64,000 nt of DNA. It comes from a bacterium. GTDB lineage: Bacteria; Patescibacteriota; Minisyncoccia; Phycocordibacterales; JAGLPS01. Shown in pieces: positions 10,422 through 19,969 of this stretch. The stretch spans positions 5,221 to 69,220 of the forward strand of contig JAUYHB010000013.1 in NCBI GenBank assembly GCA_030690305.1, written 5' to 3'. A model generated the notes under the pieces. That model worked only from the letters and a program-made list of their open reading frames with translations, was not told where the DNA came from and did no database searches. The translations under genes were made by a program, and so were the position numbers. Position 1 is the first letter of the stretch. Each line of letters begins with the position of its first letter.

Positions 10422-10446
10422 GACAAGCGTTACGGAGAAGAGAAAA

Positions 10447-10524
10447 CTAACGTCGTCTCTTTTTTGCTGCTTTTCTCTTTACAGTCTTTCGCTTCTTAGC
10501 AGCCTTTTTCTTTTTTTTGGCCAT
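10447..10524 (-). CDS. 25-codon extremely basic mini-ORF (MAKKKKKAAKKRKTVKRKAAKKRRR); leader peptide or bS22-like tiny ribosomal protein?
   Basis: ATG at 10524 to TAG at 10447, immediately upstream of the hairpin and secA; below the ORF-track size cutoff, found by reading the reverse strand. Confidence 0.3.
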   Translation of the reverse strand: MAKKKKKAAKKRKTVKRKAAKKRRR

Positions 10525-10707
10525 TTGTATTGCGCGACCCGTCGCTAATTACGACTGATCGTGATTACTGCTAAACGCTTAATAGTGCGTGATCTCGAAA
10601 TTTTATTTCAGTTGAAGAAACAAATTTCTTACGACCTTATATTAATTATCGTATATGCGAATGGACAACACAATGTTTTTTCTTGTACAAAGTGTTGATA
10701 ACTGCAA

Positions 10708-11745
10708 TTACTTAAAATCACCGATAAAACATACTTCCGGTTCAAGGATAACACCTGTTTTTTTTCTGACAGAGTCAATGACAAAATCACTCATTTCCTT
10801 TATTGCCAAAGATTTTGCTCCACCAAGGTTGACTATTGCAAGAGGTTGTCTTTCATAAAGACCCACAGAGTCTTTCTTGAATCCTTTTAGTCCGCACACA
10901 TTGTCCAGTATCCATGCTGTTGGAATTTTTTTCTCGCCGGAAACAAGGGAAAACATGGGCATTGCCGGAAAACTCTTTTGCAATATGTCGGCCTCTTTTC
11001 TTGAAAGAATAATATTTTTAAAGAAAGAACCTGCTGTTCCGTATTGATCAAGCGGAGGAAGTTTTTTTGAACGAATATCAAGAATGATGCGGCGGATGTC
11101 CGAAACGTCTGGATTTTCTATAGTGTGTTCCGCAAGATATGTCCGTATGTCTCGATAGGAGGTTAAGAGCGGAGCCGTTTTTGTTAAGAGAAAAGTGACT
11201 GACAGTACGACGAGGCCGCTGCCTTTCTTTTTTTTAAATATGCTACTGCGATATGAAAGCTCACATTCTTCCGGTGAGAGGGAAAAAATCTTGGCCGATT
11301 CAATGTCAAAAACTTCAACACTAAACAGTGTGTCTTTTATTTCGGTTCCATACGCTCCAATGTTTTGGACGGGTGCCGCACCGACAGTCCCCGGAATGCC
11401 CGATAAATTTTCAATGCCGTGAAGACCTCTAGAAACACTTTCTGAAACCAGAGAATCAAAATGAACTCCCGCGGCGGCGGTTACCAGCGTGGTATCGGCA
11501 TCCTTCGTTTTGAAATGAATCCCGGAAGTTGTTATTTTTATAACAAGACCGGGGAAACCGCTGTCGGAAATCAAAATATTTGAACCCTCCCCCAAAATTA
11601 AAAAAGGAATTGATTCTTTTTTTGAAAAAGAGAGAGCCGTACGGATGTCATCAAGGGAGAGTGCCTCGGCAAAATAACGCGCCGTTCCCCCGCTTTTGAA
11701 TGTATTAAACGATGCGAGAGAAATATCTTCTTTGATAAAAAGCAT
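10708..11745 (-). CDS. murB: UDP-N-acetylenolpyruvoylglucosamine reductase
   Basis: 345 aa; FAD-binding PCMH domain and MurB C-terminal domain, 'GSNILISD', 'GAAPVQNIGAYG'. Confidence 0.9.
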   Translation of the reverse strand: MLFIKEDISLASFNTFKSGGTARYFAEALSLDDIRTALSFSKKESIPFLILGEGSNILISDSGFPGLVIKITTSGIHFKTKDADTTLVTAAAGVHFDSLVSESVSRGLHGIENLSGIPGTVGAAPVQNIGAYGTEIKDTLFSVEVFDIESAKIFSLSPEECELSYRSSIFKKKKGSGLVVLSVTFLLTKTAPLLTSYRDIRTYLAEHTIENPDVSDIRRIILDIRSKKLPPLDQYGTAGSFFKNIILSRKEADILQKSFPAMPMFSLVSGEKKIPTAWILDNVCGLKGFKKDSVGLYERQPLAIVNLGGAKSLAIKEMSDFVIDSVRKKTGVILEPEVCFIGDFK

Positions 11746-11763
11746 GGACTGGGGACGTCACGT

Positions 11764-11830
11764 CCGTTCATGACGGGCGGGGCTAGCTCCAAAAATGTCT
11801 ATTGTGAGTGCGACCGCCCGTCGTGAACGG
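11764..11830 (-). promoter_or_regulatory. 17-bp imperfect inverted repeat (ccgttcatgacgggcgg / ccgcccgtcgtgaacgg, 1 mismatch) with 33-nt spacer in the murB leader
   Basis: Lies 19-85 nt upstream of the murB ATG; preceded by a gacgtcacgtc near-palindrome. Confidence 0.3.
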
Positions 11831-11882
11831 GCACGACAGAGTATATAGAGAATAGTAACAAAAGCCTCCTTACAAACGCAAA

Positions 11883-11900
11883 CCCCCTCCGAAGAGGGGG
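11883..11900 (-). terminator. Rho-independent terminator of the Wzy_C-TPR gene
   Basis: CCCCCTC-cgaa-GAGGGGG (UUCG tetraloop on the minus strand) followed on the minus strand by TTTGCGTTTG. Confidence 0.6.
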
Positions 11901-11984
11901 CTTACGCAGACATTCTTATTTGGTAGCTAGCGCTTACACGCGCTCACAGACCATACAGTAGCATACTTTGCAAAAAAACACAAG

Positions 11985-14165
11985 CTAGGGATTTCTACCT
12001 GCCCTAATTTCATTTATGTAGTACTCACCCTGATTTTTGAATTCCGGATTCAGTTGTATCACCTCTTCAATATCTGCAATAGCCAGAGATCGGTTTCCAA
12101 TCTGCAAATAAATACCGGCCCGTGAAAGACGATTACCCGTATCCTGAGGGTCAAGTTCGATTCTTTTTCCCAATATTTCAAGGGCACGGACGTACTCTCC
12201 TTTTGCGGCGTATGCTTGTAAAATTCGGTTGTCAAAATACAGCACTTCTTGCGGAAGAGAGACAAGGAGCTCTTGTTCAAGTTTTTTATCACCGGCATAA
12301 ATGGCACCCATTGCGTAAATGATTTTTGCTGTCAGGAAAGAGGGCTCGAGTTCGTAAGCGGTTTTAAAAACTTCAAGAGATTTGTCATACTCCTTTTTCC
12401 CAAGGTAGGAAGTGCCAAGTTCAAAATATGCGGTTTGTTTTTTAGGCGAAGATTGCGTTGCCTGCGTTGCATACTGTTTCCCTTTATCATAACTGCCGAA
12501 TGCATTAAACGAGACCGCGGCAAAAAGTTGATAACGAGTATCGTTTGGAGTAAGGGCAAGGTGTTTTTCGAGTTCTTGGGCGGACAAATTTGCAAATTGG
12601 ACCTTAATATCGTTTGGAATTGACGGGTTCCGTACAAGAGTTGTCGCAGTTAACGAAAGCTGCTCACGGATTTCCGGACTGCCAAATGAGTTATACGCGA
12701 GGGCCTTTTTGAAATATTCAAGGTTGAGACCAAAGTTGCTGTCTTTTTGAGGTGAGATCGCTTGTATCAGCGCCTTATTTGTTTGAATCGGAATAATGTT
12801 TGCGGTGTACAGTATGAATAACAAAAGAATTGCAGTAACAGCGGAAGTTGTTTGTATACCCCGTTCTTTTACATCAAAAGAAAAGAGGTCCCAATCCTTG
12901 GCCGCAAGGGAGTGGATAAAAGCAAGAACGGAGAAAAACATGAGATAACTTGTCAAATTATCAAAAACGAAAAGATTGTGGAAAAAATAGGCGGCAAACA
13001 AACCGGTGAGAATGCTTTTGTCACTTGAGGACAGGGTTTGTACCCTCCAAAGATACTTTATACCCAACCAAAAAAGAGAAAGGTAAAGGACCGATCCGAA
13101 AATTCCTCCGGCAACCAACCAATCAAGGGCGGCGTTGTGGGTACGGTCAAACCAAGTCTCTTGGTTATACATTCGCGGGTCATAATGTTTGTTGAATACG
13201 TAGTTAAAGCTTTCTTGTCCCCACCCAAAAATCGGACGCTCAAGGAAACCTTTTATCGCCATCGGCCAGACATAATAACGAGCTTGATTGGGTGTATTGC
13301 TTAAAGAAATTTCCGCAAACCGAACAAGGGTAGGATTATTTTTAACAAAAGCCGAATCTTTTATCGTTATAAAACCGAGAACAAGGAAGATAAGCCCTCC
13401 GATAATTCCTAGGGAAATATTTCGGAGAATTTTGTTTTCTTTTTCCTTAAACACAACCAAGCAAGCGGAAAGAAAAATTCCTCCGATAAGACCAAGAATA
13501 GCGCCTCTCGTTTGAGTCTCGTAGAGAACAAAAAGAAGCAAGGGGATTAAAAGCCCATACGCCAAACGAAGTGAGTTACCGCGGGTTCTTATGAGAAGAA
13601 AGAGTGCAATAAAAATATGAAAGACAAGATAAATTGCCAAATACGTCGCATTGCCAAACGTTGCGTCCACGCGCACACCTCCCTGGTTGATGGGAAATTT
13701 CCCCATAAGTTGCAATACCCCGTATATCGCAATCCCCAAACTCGCGACCAAAGACGTATTAAAAAATCTTATCCATAGCTTTTGGGTAGACAACACACTA
13801 CTCATGACCGCAAAAAATACAACCAGGTGAAGAATAGTTATGAGACCTTCCATTCGCTCATAGTTACTCCAGAAACTTTTTGATGGATTTTCTGAAAAAA
13901 TTGCCGATATTGAAAGAGAAACAAGAAAAGCGAGAAGCGCACCGAAAATCCACGAAAATTTCGGACGATATTGTTTATTAAGCAGAAAAAGGACAATCCA
14001 TAGCGCGGCGATTATTTCTACAATAATCCTAAACGTAAAACCCTTACCAGTGATAAACGGAAAGAACATTGAACGGTCAACCAAAAACGGAATAAAGAGA
14101 ATGCCAAACAGACCGATAAAAATAAGGGCTTTTAGTACTTTTTCGATTTGTGTATTCGTAGGCAT
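11985..14165 (-). CDS. Wzy_C (O-antigen ligase / PglL-type) polytopic membrane domain fused to C-terminal TPR repeats
   Basis: About 12 TM segments with '[15 protein letters not shown]' Wzy_C signature loop, then about 300 aa of TPR-like repeats; start at MPTNTQ (ATG 14165). The ORF-track 66-aa N-extension was rejected. Confidence 0.75.
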   Translation of the reverse strand: MPTNTQIEKVLKALIFIGLFGILFIPFLVDRSMFFPFITGKGFTFRIIVEIIAALWIVLFLLNKQYRPKFSWIFGALLAFLVSLSISAIFSENPSKSFWSNYERMEGLITILHLVVFFAVMSSVLSTQKLWIRFFNTSLVASLGIAIYGVLQLMGKFPINQGGVRVDATFGNATYLAIYLVFHIFIALFLLIRTRGNSLRLAYGLLIPLLLFVLYETQTRGAILGLIGGIFLSACLVVFKEKENKILRNISLGIIGGLIFLVLGFITIKDSAFVKNNPTLVRFAEISLSNTPNQARYYVWPMAIKGFLERPIFGWGQESFNYVFNKHYDPRMYNQETWFDRTHNAALDWLVAGGIFGSVLYLSLFWLGIKYLWRVQTLSSSDKSILTGLFAAYFFHNLFVFDNLTSYLMFFSVLAFIHSLAAKDWDLFSFDVKERGIQTTSAVTAILLLFILYTANIIPIQTNKALIQAISPQKDSNFGLNLEYFKKALAYNSFGSPEIREQLSLTATTLVRNPSIPNDIKVQFANLSAQELEKHLALTPNDTRYQLFAAVSFNAFGSYDKGKQYATQATQSSPKKQTAYFELGTSYLGKKEYDKSLEVFKTAYELEPSFLTAKIIYAMGAIYAGDKKLEQELLVSLPQEVLYFDNRILQAYAAKGEYVRALEILGKRIELDPQDTGNRLSRAGIYLQIGNRSLAIADIEEVIQLNPEFKNQGEYYINEIRAGRNP

Positions 14166-14300
14166 ATATGTAAAAGATACGTACAGAATAGTACAAAAGC
14201 AACTGAAAAACAAACACTCGAGACGGTATACTTGTTTCAACATAGAAAAAACGATAGTGTAACAGTAATATACGAACCAGCAATGGTAGGAAAAACAAAA

Positions 14301-15380
14301 ATGACCCCTAAAAGTAAAACTTCTTCCCCTAAAAAAGCTCTTATTACGGGTATTACCGGACAAGATGGCTCGTATCTCGCCGAACTGCTACTGGAAAAGG
14401 GATATGAGGTCCATGGTCTCATACGGCGCGCGAGCGCATTTAACACAAGCCGCATTGATCATTTATACAGGGACCCTCATATTAATGGTATAAAAATGTA
14501 CTTACACTACGGGGACCTTTCTGATGGAAGCAATTTGAATAGAGTTCTTGAAAAGATACATCCTGATGAAATCTATCATCTTGGAGCTCAAAGTCATGTG
14601 AGGGTCAGTTTTGATATACCCGAGTATACAGGGGATGTAACCGGTCTTGGAACACTTCGCATTCTTGATGCGATACGGGATACCGGTATACAGACACGGT
14701 TTTACCAAGCGTCATCCAGTGAGATGTTTGGCAACGCTTCAGAAATACCGATTAAAGAAACGACACCCTTTTATCCCCGCTCACCCTACGGCTGCGCCAA
14801 AGTATACGCATACTGGATAACGAGAAATTATCGGGAAAGCTACAATCTGTTCGCCACAAACGGCATTTTATTCAATCACGAATCCCCACGTCGCGGGGAA
14901 ACTTTTGTGACAAGGAAAATTACGCGTGGGCTCGCGCGCATTAAGCTTGGGATAGACAATAAACTTTTCTTGGGCAATCTTGACGCGAAGCGGGATTGGG
15001 GATACGCGAAAGATTATGTATACGGTATGTGGCTTATGCTGCAACACAAAACTCCTGATGATTTCATTTTAGCTACCAATGAAACTCATAGTGTTCGAGA
15101 ATTCGTTGAGGAAGTAGGAAAATATCTCAATATGAGTATTGTATGGAAAGGAAAGGGTCTCAATGAGAAAGGTATTGATGAAGACACCGGAAAAGTGATT
15201 ATAGAAATAGACCAAAAATATTTCAGACCCGCAGAAGTTGATATTTTACTGGGAGACTACTCAAAAGCAAGAAAAAAACTTGGATGGAAACCAAAAACAA
15301 AATTCAAAGAACTTGCCAAATTGATGACCGAGGCGGACTTTGAAGAAGAACGTAAAGAAGTAGGCTTGGAACATGAATAA
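14301..15380 (+). CDS. gmd: GDP-mannose 4,6-dehydratase
   Basis: '[29 protein letters not shown]', 'SSSEMFG', '[10 protein letters not shown]', '[17 protein letters not shown]' are canonical Gmd motifs; AGGA 9 nt upstream of ATG 14301. Confidence 0.9.
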   Translation: MTPKSKTSSPKKALITGITGQDGSYLAELLLEKGYEVHGLIRRASAFNTSRIDHLYRDPHINGIKMYLHYGDLSDGSNLNRVLEKIHPDEIYHLGAQSHVRVSFDIPEYTGDVTGLGTLRILDAIRDTGIQTRFYQASSSEMFGNASEIPIKETTPFYPRSPYGCAKVYAYWITRNYRESYNLFATNGILFNHESPRRGETFVTRKITRGLARIKLGIDNKLFLGNLDAKRDWGYAKDYVYGMWLMLQHKTPDDFILATNETHSVREFVEEVGKYLNMSIVWKGKGLNEKGIDEDTGKVIIEIDQKYFRPAEVDILLGDYSKARKKLGWKPKTKFKELAKLMTEADFEEERKEVGLEHE

Positions 15381-16305
15381 GAATTCAAAAATTTATGTTG
15401 CGGGACATCGAGGACTTGTCGGGGGAGCGATTACCCGCGCCCTTCAAAAGAAAGGGTACAATAATCTTCTTCTACGCACTCGTGAGGAATTAAATTTACT
15501 CGACCAAAAGACAGTGCAGGAGTTCTTTGAGAAAGAGTGCCCGGAATATGTATTCCTTGCCGCGGCAAAGGTTGGAGGAATTATGGCAAATAAGACCTTG
15601 CCCGCGGAGTTCATCTATGAAAATCTTACGATTCAAAATAATGTTATCGAAGCATCACACTCTACATCTGTAAAAAAAATGCTTTTTCTTGGAAGCTCCT
15701 GTATCTATCCAAAACTCGCTCCTCAACCAATTAAAGAAGAATATATCCTCACAGGGCCTCTTGAGGAAACTAATGAGATGTACGCTGTCGCAAAAATTGC
15801 GGGTCTTATGATGTGCCAAGCTTATCACAGCCAGTATGGAAACAATTTTATTTCTGTTATGCCGACAAATCTTTATGGCCCGAACGATAATTTTAATCTT
15901 AAAAGTGCCCATGTCCTTCCGGCATTAATACGAAAATTTCATGAGGCACGTATCACCGGAAAAAAAGAAGTGGAGGTATGGGGTACTGGCACAGTTCGAC
16001 GCGAGTTTCTTCATGTTGACGATGTGGCGGACGCTTGTCTTTTTCTGATGGAACACTACGACAAGCCGGAAATAATAAACATTGGCACAGGAGAAGATGT
16101 GTCCATACAGGAACTTGCCAAACTTATACAAGAAATCATCGGCTTTTCTGGTCAAATTGTGTGGGACCGCAGTAAACCCGACGGCACCCCAAGAAAACTA
16201 CTTGATGTGTCTAAAATCAATTCACTGGGCTGGAAACATAAGATACCGCTTAAACAAGGACTTGCCATGACGTATGAGTGGTATAAAAACCAAAATTCCA
16301 AATGA
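15373..16305 (+). CDS. fcl: GDP-4-keto-6-deoxymannose 3,5-epimerase/4-reductase (GDP-L-fucose synthase Fcl or GDP-L-colitose synthase ColC type)
   Basis: '[15 protein letters not shown]', 'AAAKVGGI', 'YAVAKIAG'; 8-nt overlap with gmd. Confidence 0.85.
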   Translation: MNKNSKIYVAGHRGLVGGAITRALQKKGYNNLLLRTREELNLLDQKTVQEFFEKECPEYVFLAAAKVGGIMANKTLPAEFIYENLTIQNNVIEASHSTSVKKMLFLGSSCIYPKLAPQPIKEEYILTGPLEETNEMYAVAKIAGLMMCQAYHSQYGNNFISVMPTNLYGPNDNFNLKSAHVLPALIRKFHEARITGKKEVEVWGTGTVRREFLHVDDVADACLFLMEHYDKPEIINIGTGEDVSIQELAKLIQEIIGFSGQIVWDRSKPDGTPRKLLDVSKINSLGWKHKIPLKQGLAMTYEWYKNQNSK

Positions 16306-16330
16306 AGCGGGTGATACTTATTGACACCTA

Positions 16331-16358
16331 TTGACACTTCCCTGTTTTTAGGTAGAAT
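16331..16358 (+). promoter_or_regulatory. Sigma70-like promoter TTGACA-16-TAGAAT giving a (near-)leaderless HTH transcript
   Basis: -35 at 16331-16336, -10 at 16353-16358, ATG at 16369 with no Shine-Dalgarno; a second TTGACA lies at 16321. Confidence 0.45.
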
Positions 16359-16368
16359 TTATTTAATT

Positions 16369-16617
16369 ATGGATGAGGAAATAAAATCTCACGCTGTGTA
16401 CACAACTGAAGAAACCCGTAAACTTCTCAAAATAAGCAACAGCACAATCAAGCGCCTTTTAAAGAAGGGACTTATTAAAGCGAACAAAGTAGGGGGTCAG
16501 TATCGGATTCTGGGAAAAGAAATCCTTCGCGTCATTTCTCCCAATTTAGAAAAGAAAGCAACAACATCATATATGGGTTTTAAGAGAAAAGTCGTGAATA
16601 AAATAAATAAGTGGTAA
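16369..16617 (+). CDS. HTH DNA-binding protein, excisionase/MerR-like HTH_17 family (putative regulator)
   Basis: 'YTTEETRKLLKISNSTIKRLLKKGLIKANKVGGQYRI' helix-turn-helix; start at MDEE. Confidence 0.65.
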   Translation: MDEEIKSHAVYTTEETRKLLKISNSTIKRLLKKGLIKANKVGGQYRILGKEILRVISPNLEKKATTSYMGFKRKVVNKINKW

Positions 16618-18431
16618 ATATGAAGTTTCTTCACCCGTTCACACTTCCTATAGGAACGATACGGTCGGTATTTGCTATTTTCCCCAAGGCTTTTAAGGGG
16701 TATGGTTCCAGAATTTTTATGCTGGCAACGTTGGGGTTTCTTGTGGGAATTTTTGAAGGTATCGGAATCACTGCGCTTGCTCCCCTCTTTTATTTTTTCA
16801 ACGGAGAAACGGAACCACCGACAGATCTTGTATCCGAAACAATTGCGCGTCTTTTTTCCTTCCTGCATCTGCCATTTAGCCTGCCGGCAATTTTAATATT
16901 TATAGTTTCCTTATTCATCCTAAAATTCATAACTAGCGTATTTTATACATACTTTCTGACTCGCATTCAAACTGGCTATGAATTGAAAACCGTGCACAAT
17001 CTTCTCAAAAACACCTTGGAAGCAAACTGGCCGTATCTTGTAAATCAAAAGTTAGGCAAACTTGAAACACTCGTCAAAATAGACACTCATTACTGTGGAG
17101 AAATGCTTCAGGCTACATCGCGAATCTTGATGATGTTTGCAACCCTTTTTGCATATCTTTTACTCTCCTTAAACATTTCTCAAGCCGTTACCGCTGGAGC
17201 ATTTGTGTTTGGAGCTGTAGTTCTCTTTTTGTATAAACCGCTATTTTCCTTTGCTCGATCAATATCTCGCCATATCTCAGAGTTGAACGTTTCAATTGCC
17301 CACCACATAAACGAAAGCCTTATTGGACTAAAAACCATAAAGGCTCTTGGAGCAGAAGAAAAAGTCATATTACGAGGGAACGACCTCTTTAACCGGTTAC
17401 GAAATAAGCAGCTCCGTCTCACGCTCTTTTCCAAAATCACCACAGAATCTTTACAGCCTTTGAGCATGGTTTTTTTGAGCATCATCATAGCCTTTGCATT
17501 TTACCGTACCTCATACAATCTTGGAGCGCTAGCCGCACTGGTATACCTCATTCAACATATTTTCCAACACATCCAAAGCATTCAGGGAATGGCTCAGAAT
17601 ATCAGCACAGTGATTCCTTACGTAGAAAATATGACTTCCTACATTGGAGAAACGCAAAGGGCTAGAGAGAATTATGCGTCTGCCGAGAATGAAAGTGTTT
17701 CGTTCAGCAAGTCAATCAGTTTCAAATCAGTGGCATTTTCCTATGTTGAGAGAAAGCAGGTTATCAATAAGATATCGTTTTCCTTGAAAAAGGGAGAGAT
17801 GGTTGGCTTTATCGGCCCTTCGGGAGCGGGGAAAACAACTATTTTCGATCTTTTTCTTCGTTTTCTTGTCCCTACCGAGGGGGAGATCTTAATTGACGAT
17901 AAAAATATAAGTTCATTGGGTATATCCGCGTGGCGGAAAAACTTGTCATATGTTTCCCAGGATGTATTCCTTCTCAACGACACCATATCCAATAACATTA
18001 AATTCTTTGATGACTCCGTGACAGAAAAAGACGTTCATACAGCCGCTAGATTAGCAGAAATTTACGATTTCATTGAAACGCTGCCGGAAAAATTTGATAC
18101 GCAAGTGGGAGAAAGAGGCGCTCTGCTTTCTGTCGGACAACGACAACGCATCGCTCTTGCTCGCGCCCTTGCTAGAAAACCTGAAATTTTACTCCTTGAT
18201 GAAGCTACAAGCGCCCTGGATAACGAATCAGAGCAGAGAATACAGAAAGCCATCGAAAATTTACGAGGTAATATGACCATACTCGTGATAGCCCATCGAC
18301 TTTCAACCGTACTTAACACGGACAGACTTCTTGTAATAGAAAAAGGGAAAATTGTTGAAGAAGGCAGTCCCCAGGCCTTGCTTAAAGATAAGGAAACATA
18401 TTTTCATAAGGTACACAATCTGAGAACCTAG
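16611..18431 (+). CDS. ABC exporter, fused permease-ATPase (MsbA/PglK-like; candidate lipid-linked glycan flippase)
   Basis: Six N-terminal TM segments, then NBD with Walker A 'GPSGAGKTT', signature 'LSVGQRQR', Walker B 'LLLDEATSALD'. Confidence 0.85.
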   Translation: MVNMKFLHPFTLPIGTIRSVFAIFPKAFKGYGSRIFMLATLGFLVGIFEGIGITALAPLFYFFNGETEPPTDLVSETIARLFSFLHLPFSLPAILIFIVSLFILKFITSVFYTYFLTRIQTGYELKTVHNLLKNTLEANWPYLVNQKLGKLETLVKIDTHYCGEMLQATSRILMMFATLFAYLLLSLNISQAVTAGAFVFGAVVLFLYKPLFSFARSISRHISELNVSIAHHINESLIGLKTIKALGAEEKVILRGNDLFNRLRNKQLRLTLFSKITTESLQPLSMVFLSIIIAFAFYRTSYNLGALAALVYLIQHIFQHIQSIQGMAQNISTVIPYVENMTSYIGETQRARENYASAENESVSFSKSISFKSVAFSYVERKQVINKISFSLKKGEMVGFIGPSGAGKTTIFDLFLRFLVPTEGEILIDDKNISSLGISAWRKNLSYVSQDVFLLNDTISNNIKFFDDSVTEKDVHTAARLAEIYDFIETLPEKFDTQVGERGALLSVGQRQRIALARALARKPEILLLDEATSALDNESEQRIQKAIENLRGNMTILVIAHRLSTVLNTDRLLVIEKGKIVEEGSPQALLKDKETYFHKVHNLRT

Positions 18432-18469
18432 GCAGAAATTGTAAGTACTTACATAATTTAAAAAACGAC

Positions 18470-19261
18470 ATGATAGATCATCTTAAAAATATATTTCGAC
18501 CAATAACACCAAAAATAGTCAAGAAAATCTATAAATTTTTCAGAATTGACTTGGAAGATTATGTTCTGTTACCAAAAAGGAACCTGCAGTACGCATCAGA
18601 CGGGCTCTATACTTTTAATAGCGCGGATTTCAGAAAGGACCCTCTTTTTAAAGAATCGTATGATTTGGCCCGCAAAATCGATGACGATCAGCTGCTTAGC
18701 CAAAACGACATACCATGGAGAATGCATGTGCTGTATTGGGCAGGAAATCATGCAAAAAATATTCCGGGTGACTTTATTGACTGTGGAGTCAATACCGGGT
18801 TTTGTCCCCGCTCGCTCATGCATTACATTGGATTTAAAAAATTGAATAAGAGGTACTTTCTCCTCGACACTTTCTCCGGTCTTGACCCAAAGTACAGTAC
18901 GGAAAAAGAACTGATTGGCAATAAATTTTATAGTACCCAGACAGGACTTTATGAAAAAGTGAAGAAGACATTTTCCGGTTTCAATGTCAGCATCATAAAA
19001 GGATCTGTCCCTGACACTCTTTCTCAAGTAAAAACACCCGCGATTTGCTTCTTGCACCTGGACATGAACGCTGCGGCTCCAGAACTAGCGGCTCTTGACT
19101 TTTTTTGGGAAAAAATTTCTAAGGGCGGAATAGTTCTCTTTGACGATTATGGTTTCAAGGAACATGCCGACCAAAAAAAGACACAGGATGTATGGGCAAA
19201 AAAACATAACGTAGAAATTCTTTCCTTACCTACAGGACAAGGTCTTCTTATTAAAAAATAA
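18470..19261 (+). CDS. TylF/MycF-family SAM-dependent (sugar) O-methyltransferase
   Basis: 'GDFIDCGVNTGF' and 'LHLDMN...GGIVLFDDYG' match the macrocin O-MT family core. Confidence 0.7.
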   Translation: MIDHLKNIFRPITPKIVKKIYKFFRIDLEDYVLLPKRNLQYASDGLYTFNSADFRKDPLFKESYDLARKIDDDQLLSQNDIPWRMHVLYWAGNHAKNIPGDFIDCGVNTGFCPRSLMHYIGFKKLNKRYFLLDTFSGLDPKYSTEKELIGNKFYSTQTGLYEKVKKTFSGFNVSIIKGSVPDTLSQVKTPAICFLHLDMNAAAPELAALDFFWEKISKGGIVLFDDYGFKEHADQKKTQDVWAKKHNVEILSLPTGQGLLIKK

Positions 19262-19284
19262 AAACCGGGACAACTATAACCATC

Positions 19285-19968
19285 ATGAAGCAGCTATTAA
19301 AAAAGCTTATCCCGTTAAAACTTCTTGTCGTCTATCGATTCATCAAAAAACAACTCCGCCCTGTTCCAGAAGATGAACAGGTTCAATTTGACGCTTTAAG
19401 CATATACAACGGCCACTTCAATGTAACGTACAAAGGCATTCGGACATTGAAATGCCCCTTTGATTACGTCATGTATCAGATGATCATTACTTCCCTTAAG
19501 CCCGATCTAGTCATCGAGATCGGAACCTCATATGGAGGCAACGCTCTCTATATTGCAGAGTTAATGGATACAATAGAGCATGGGAAAGTACATACTATTG
19601 ATATTGTGGGAAAATCTGAGGTAGTGCATCCTCGTATCACATTTTTCAAAAACGGCTGGGAAGGATACGATTTAAAAGAAACAAAAAAATTCTCTAAAAT
19701 TCTTATTATTGACGATGGTTCCCATATGTATGAGGATGTTTTGAGTACTTTACATAAGTTTGCTTCGGCCGTCTCCGTAGGCTCCTACTATATAATTGAG
19801 GATGGTATTATTGACGAAATCGGTAAAAAATTCAACGGTGGACCATTGAGGGCGATACGGGAATTTCTTCCGGAGAATAAAAATTTTGAAGTTGATAGAA
19901 CATACTGCGACATGTTCGGCAAAAATGCGACGTTTAACGTGAACGGTTACTTAAAGAAAATCAAATAG
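19285..19968 (+). CDS. CmcI (cephalosporin hydroxylase) family methyltransferase, rhamnosyl-O-MT-like
   Basis: 'KCPFDYVMYQMIITSLKPDLVIEIGTSYGGNALYIAEL' typical of the CmcI family. Confidence 0.7.
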   Translation: MKQLLKKLIPLKLLVVYRFIKKQLRPVPEDEQVQFDALSIYNGHFNVTYKGIRTLKCPFDYVMYQMIITSLKPDLVIEIGTSYGGNALYIAELMDTIEHGKVHTIDIVGKSEVVHPRITFFKNGWEGYDLKETKKFSKILIIDDGSHMYEDVLSTLHKFASAVSVGSYYIIEDGIIDEIGKKFNGGPLRAIREFLPENKNFEVDRTYCDMFGKNATFNVNGYLKKIK

Positions 19969-19969
19969 C

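Noticed and set aside
11746..11984. tRNA or small RNA gene in the 239-bp murB / Wzy_C-TPR intergenic region
   Set aside because: No T-loop (GTTCRANYC) or cloverleaf-compatible segments found by eye; the structures present are better explained as a terminator plus a leader inverted repeat.
14148..14363. ORF-track N-terminal extensions of gmd (from 14148) and of the Wzy_C-TPR gene (to 14363), which would overlap each other by about 215 nt on opposite strands
   Set aside because: Conserved N-termini begin at internal Met codons (MTPKS... for Gmd with AGGA RBS; MPTNTQ... preceding TM1 for Wzy_C). The extensions are Cys/Phe/Tyr-rich junk and would abolish the divergent promoter region.
16321..16368. 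Possible mobile element signalled by the excisionase-family HTH gene
   Set aside because: No integrase/recombinase, no flanking direct repeats or tRNA, no phage genes. HTH_17 proteins also serve as ordinary regulators, so it is called a regulator instead.
18432..18469. gtaagtacttac palindrome after the ABC exporter as a terminator
   Set aside because: Only a 4-bp stem is possible once a loop is allowed, and there is no U-tract. The next gene is likely co-transcribed.
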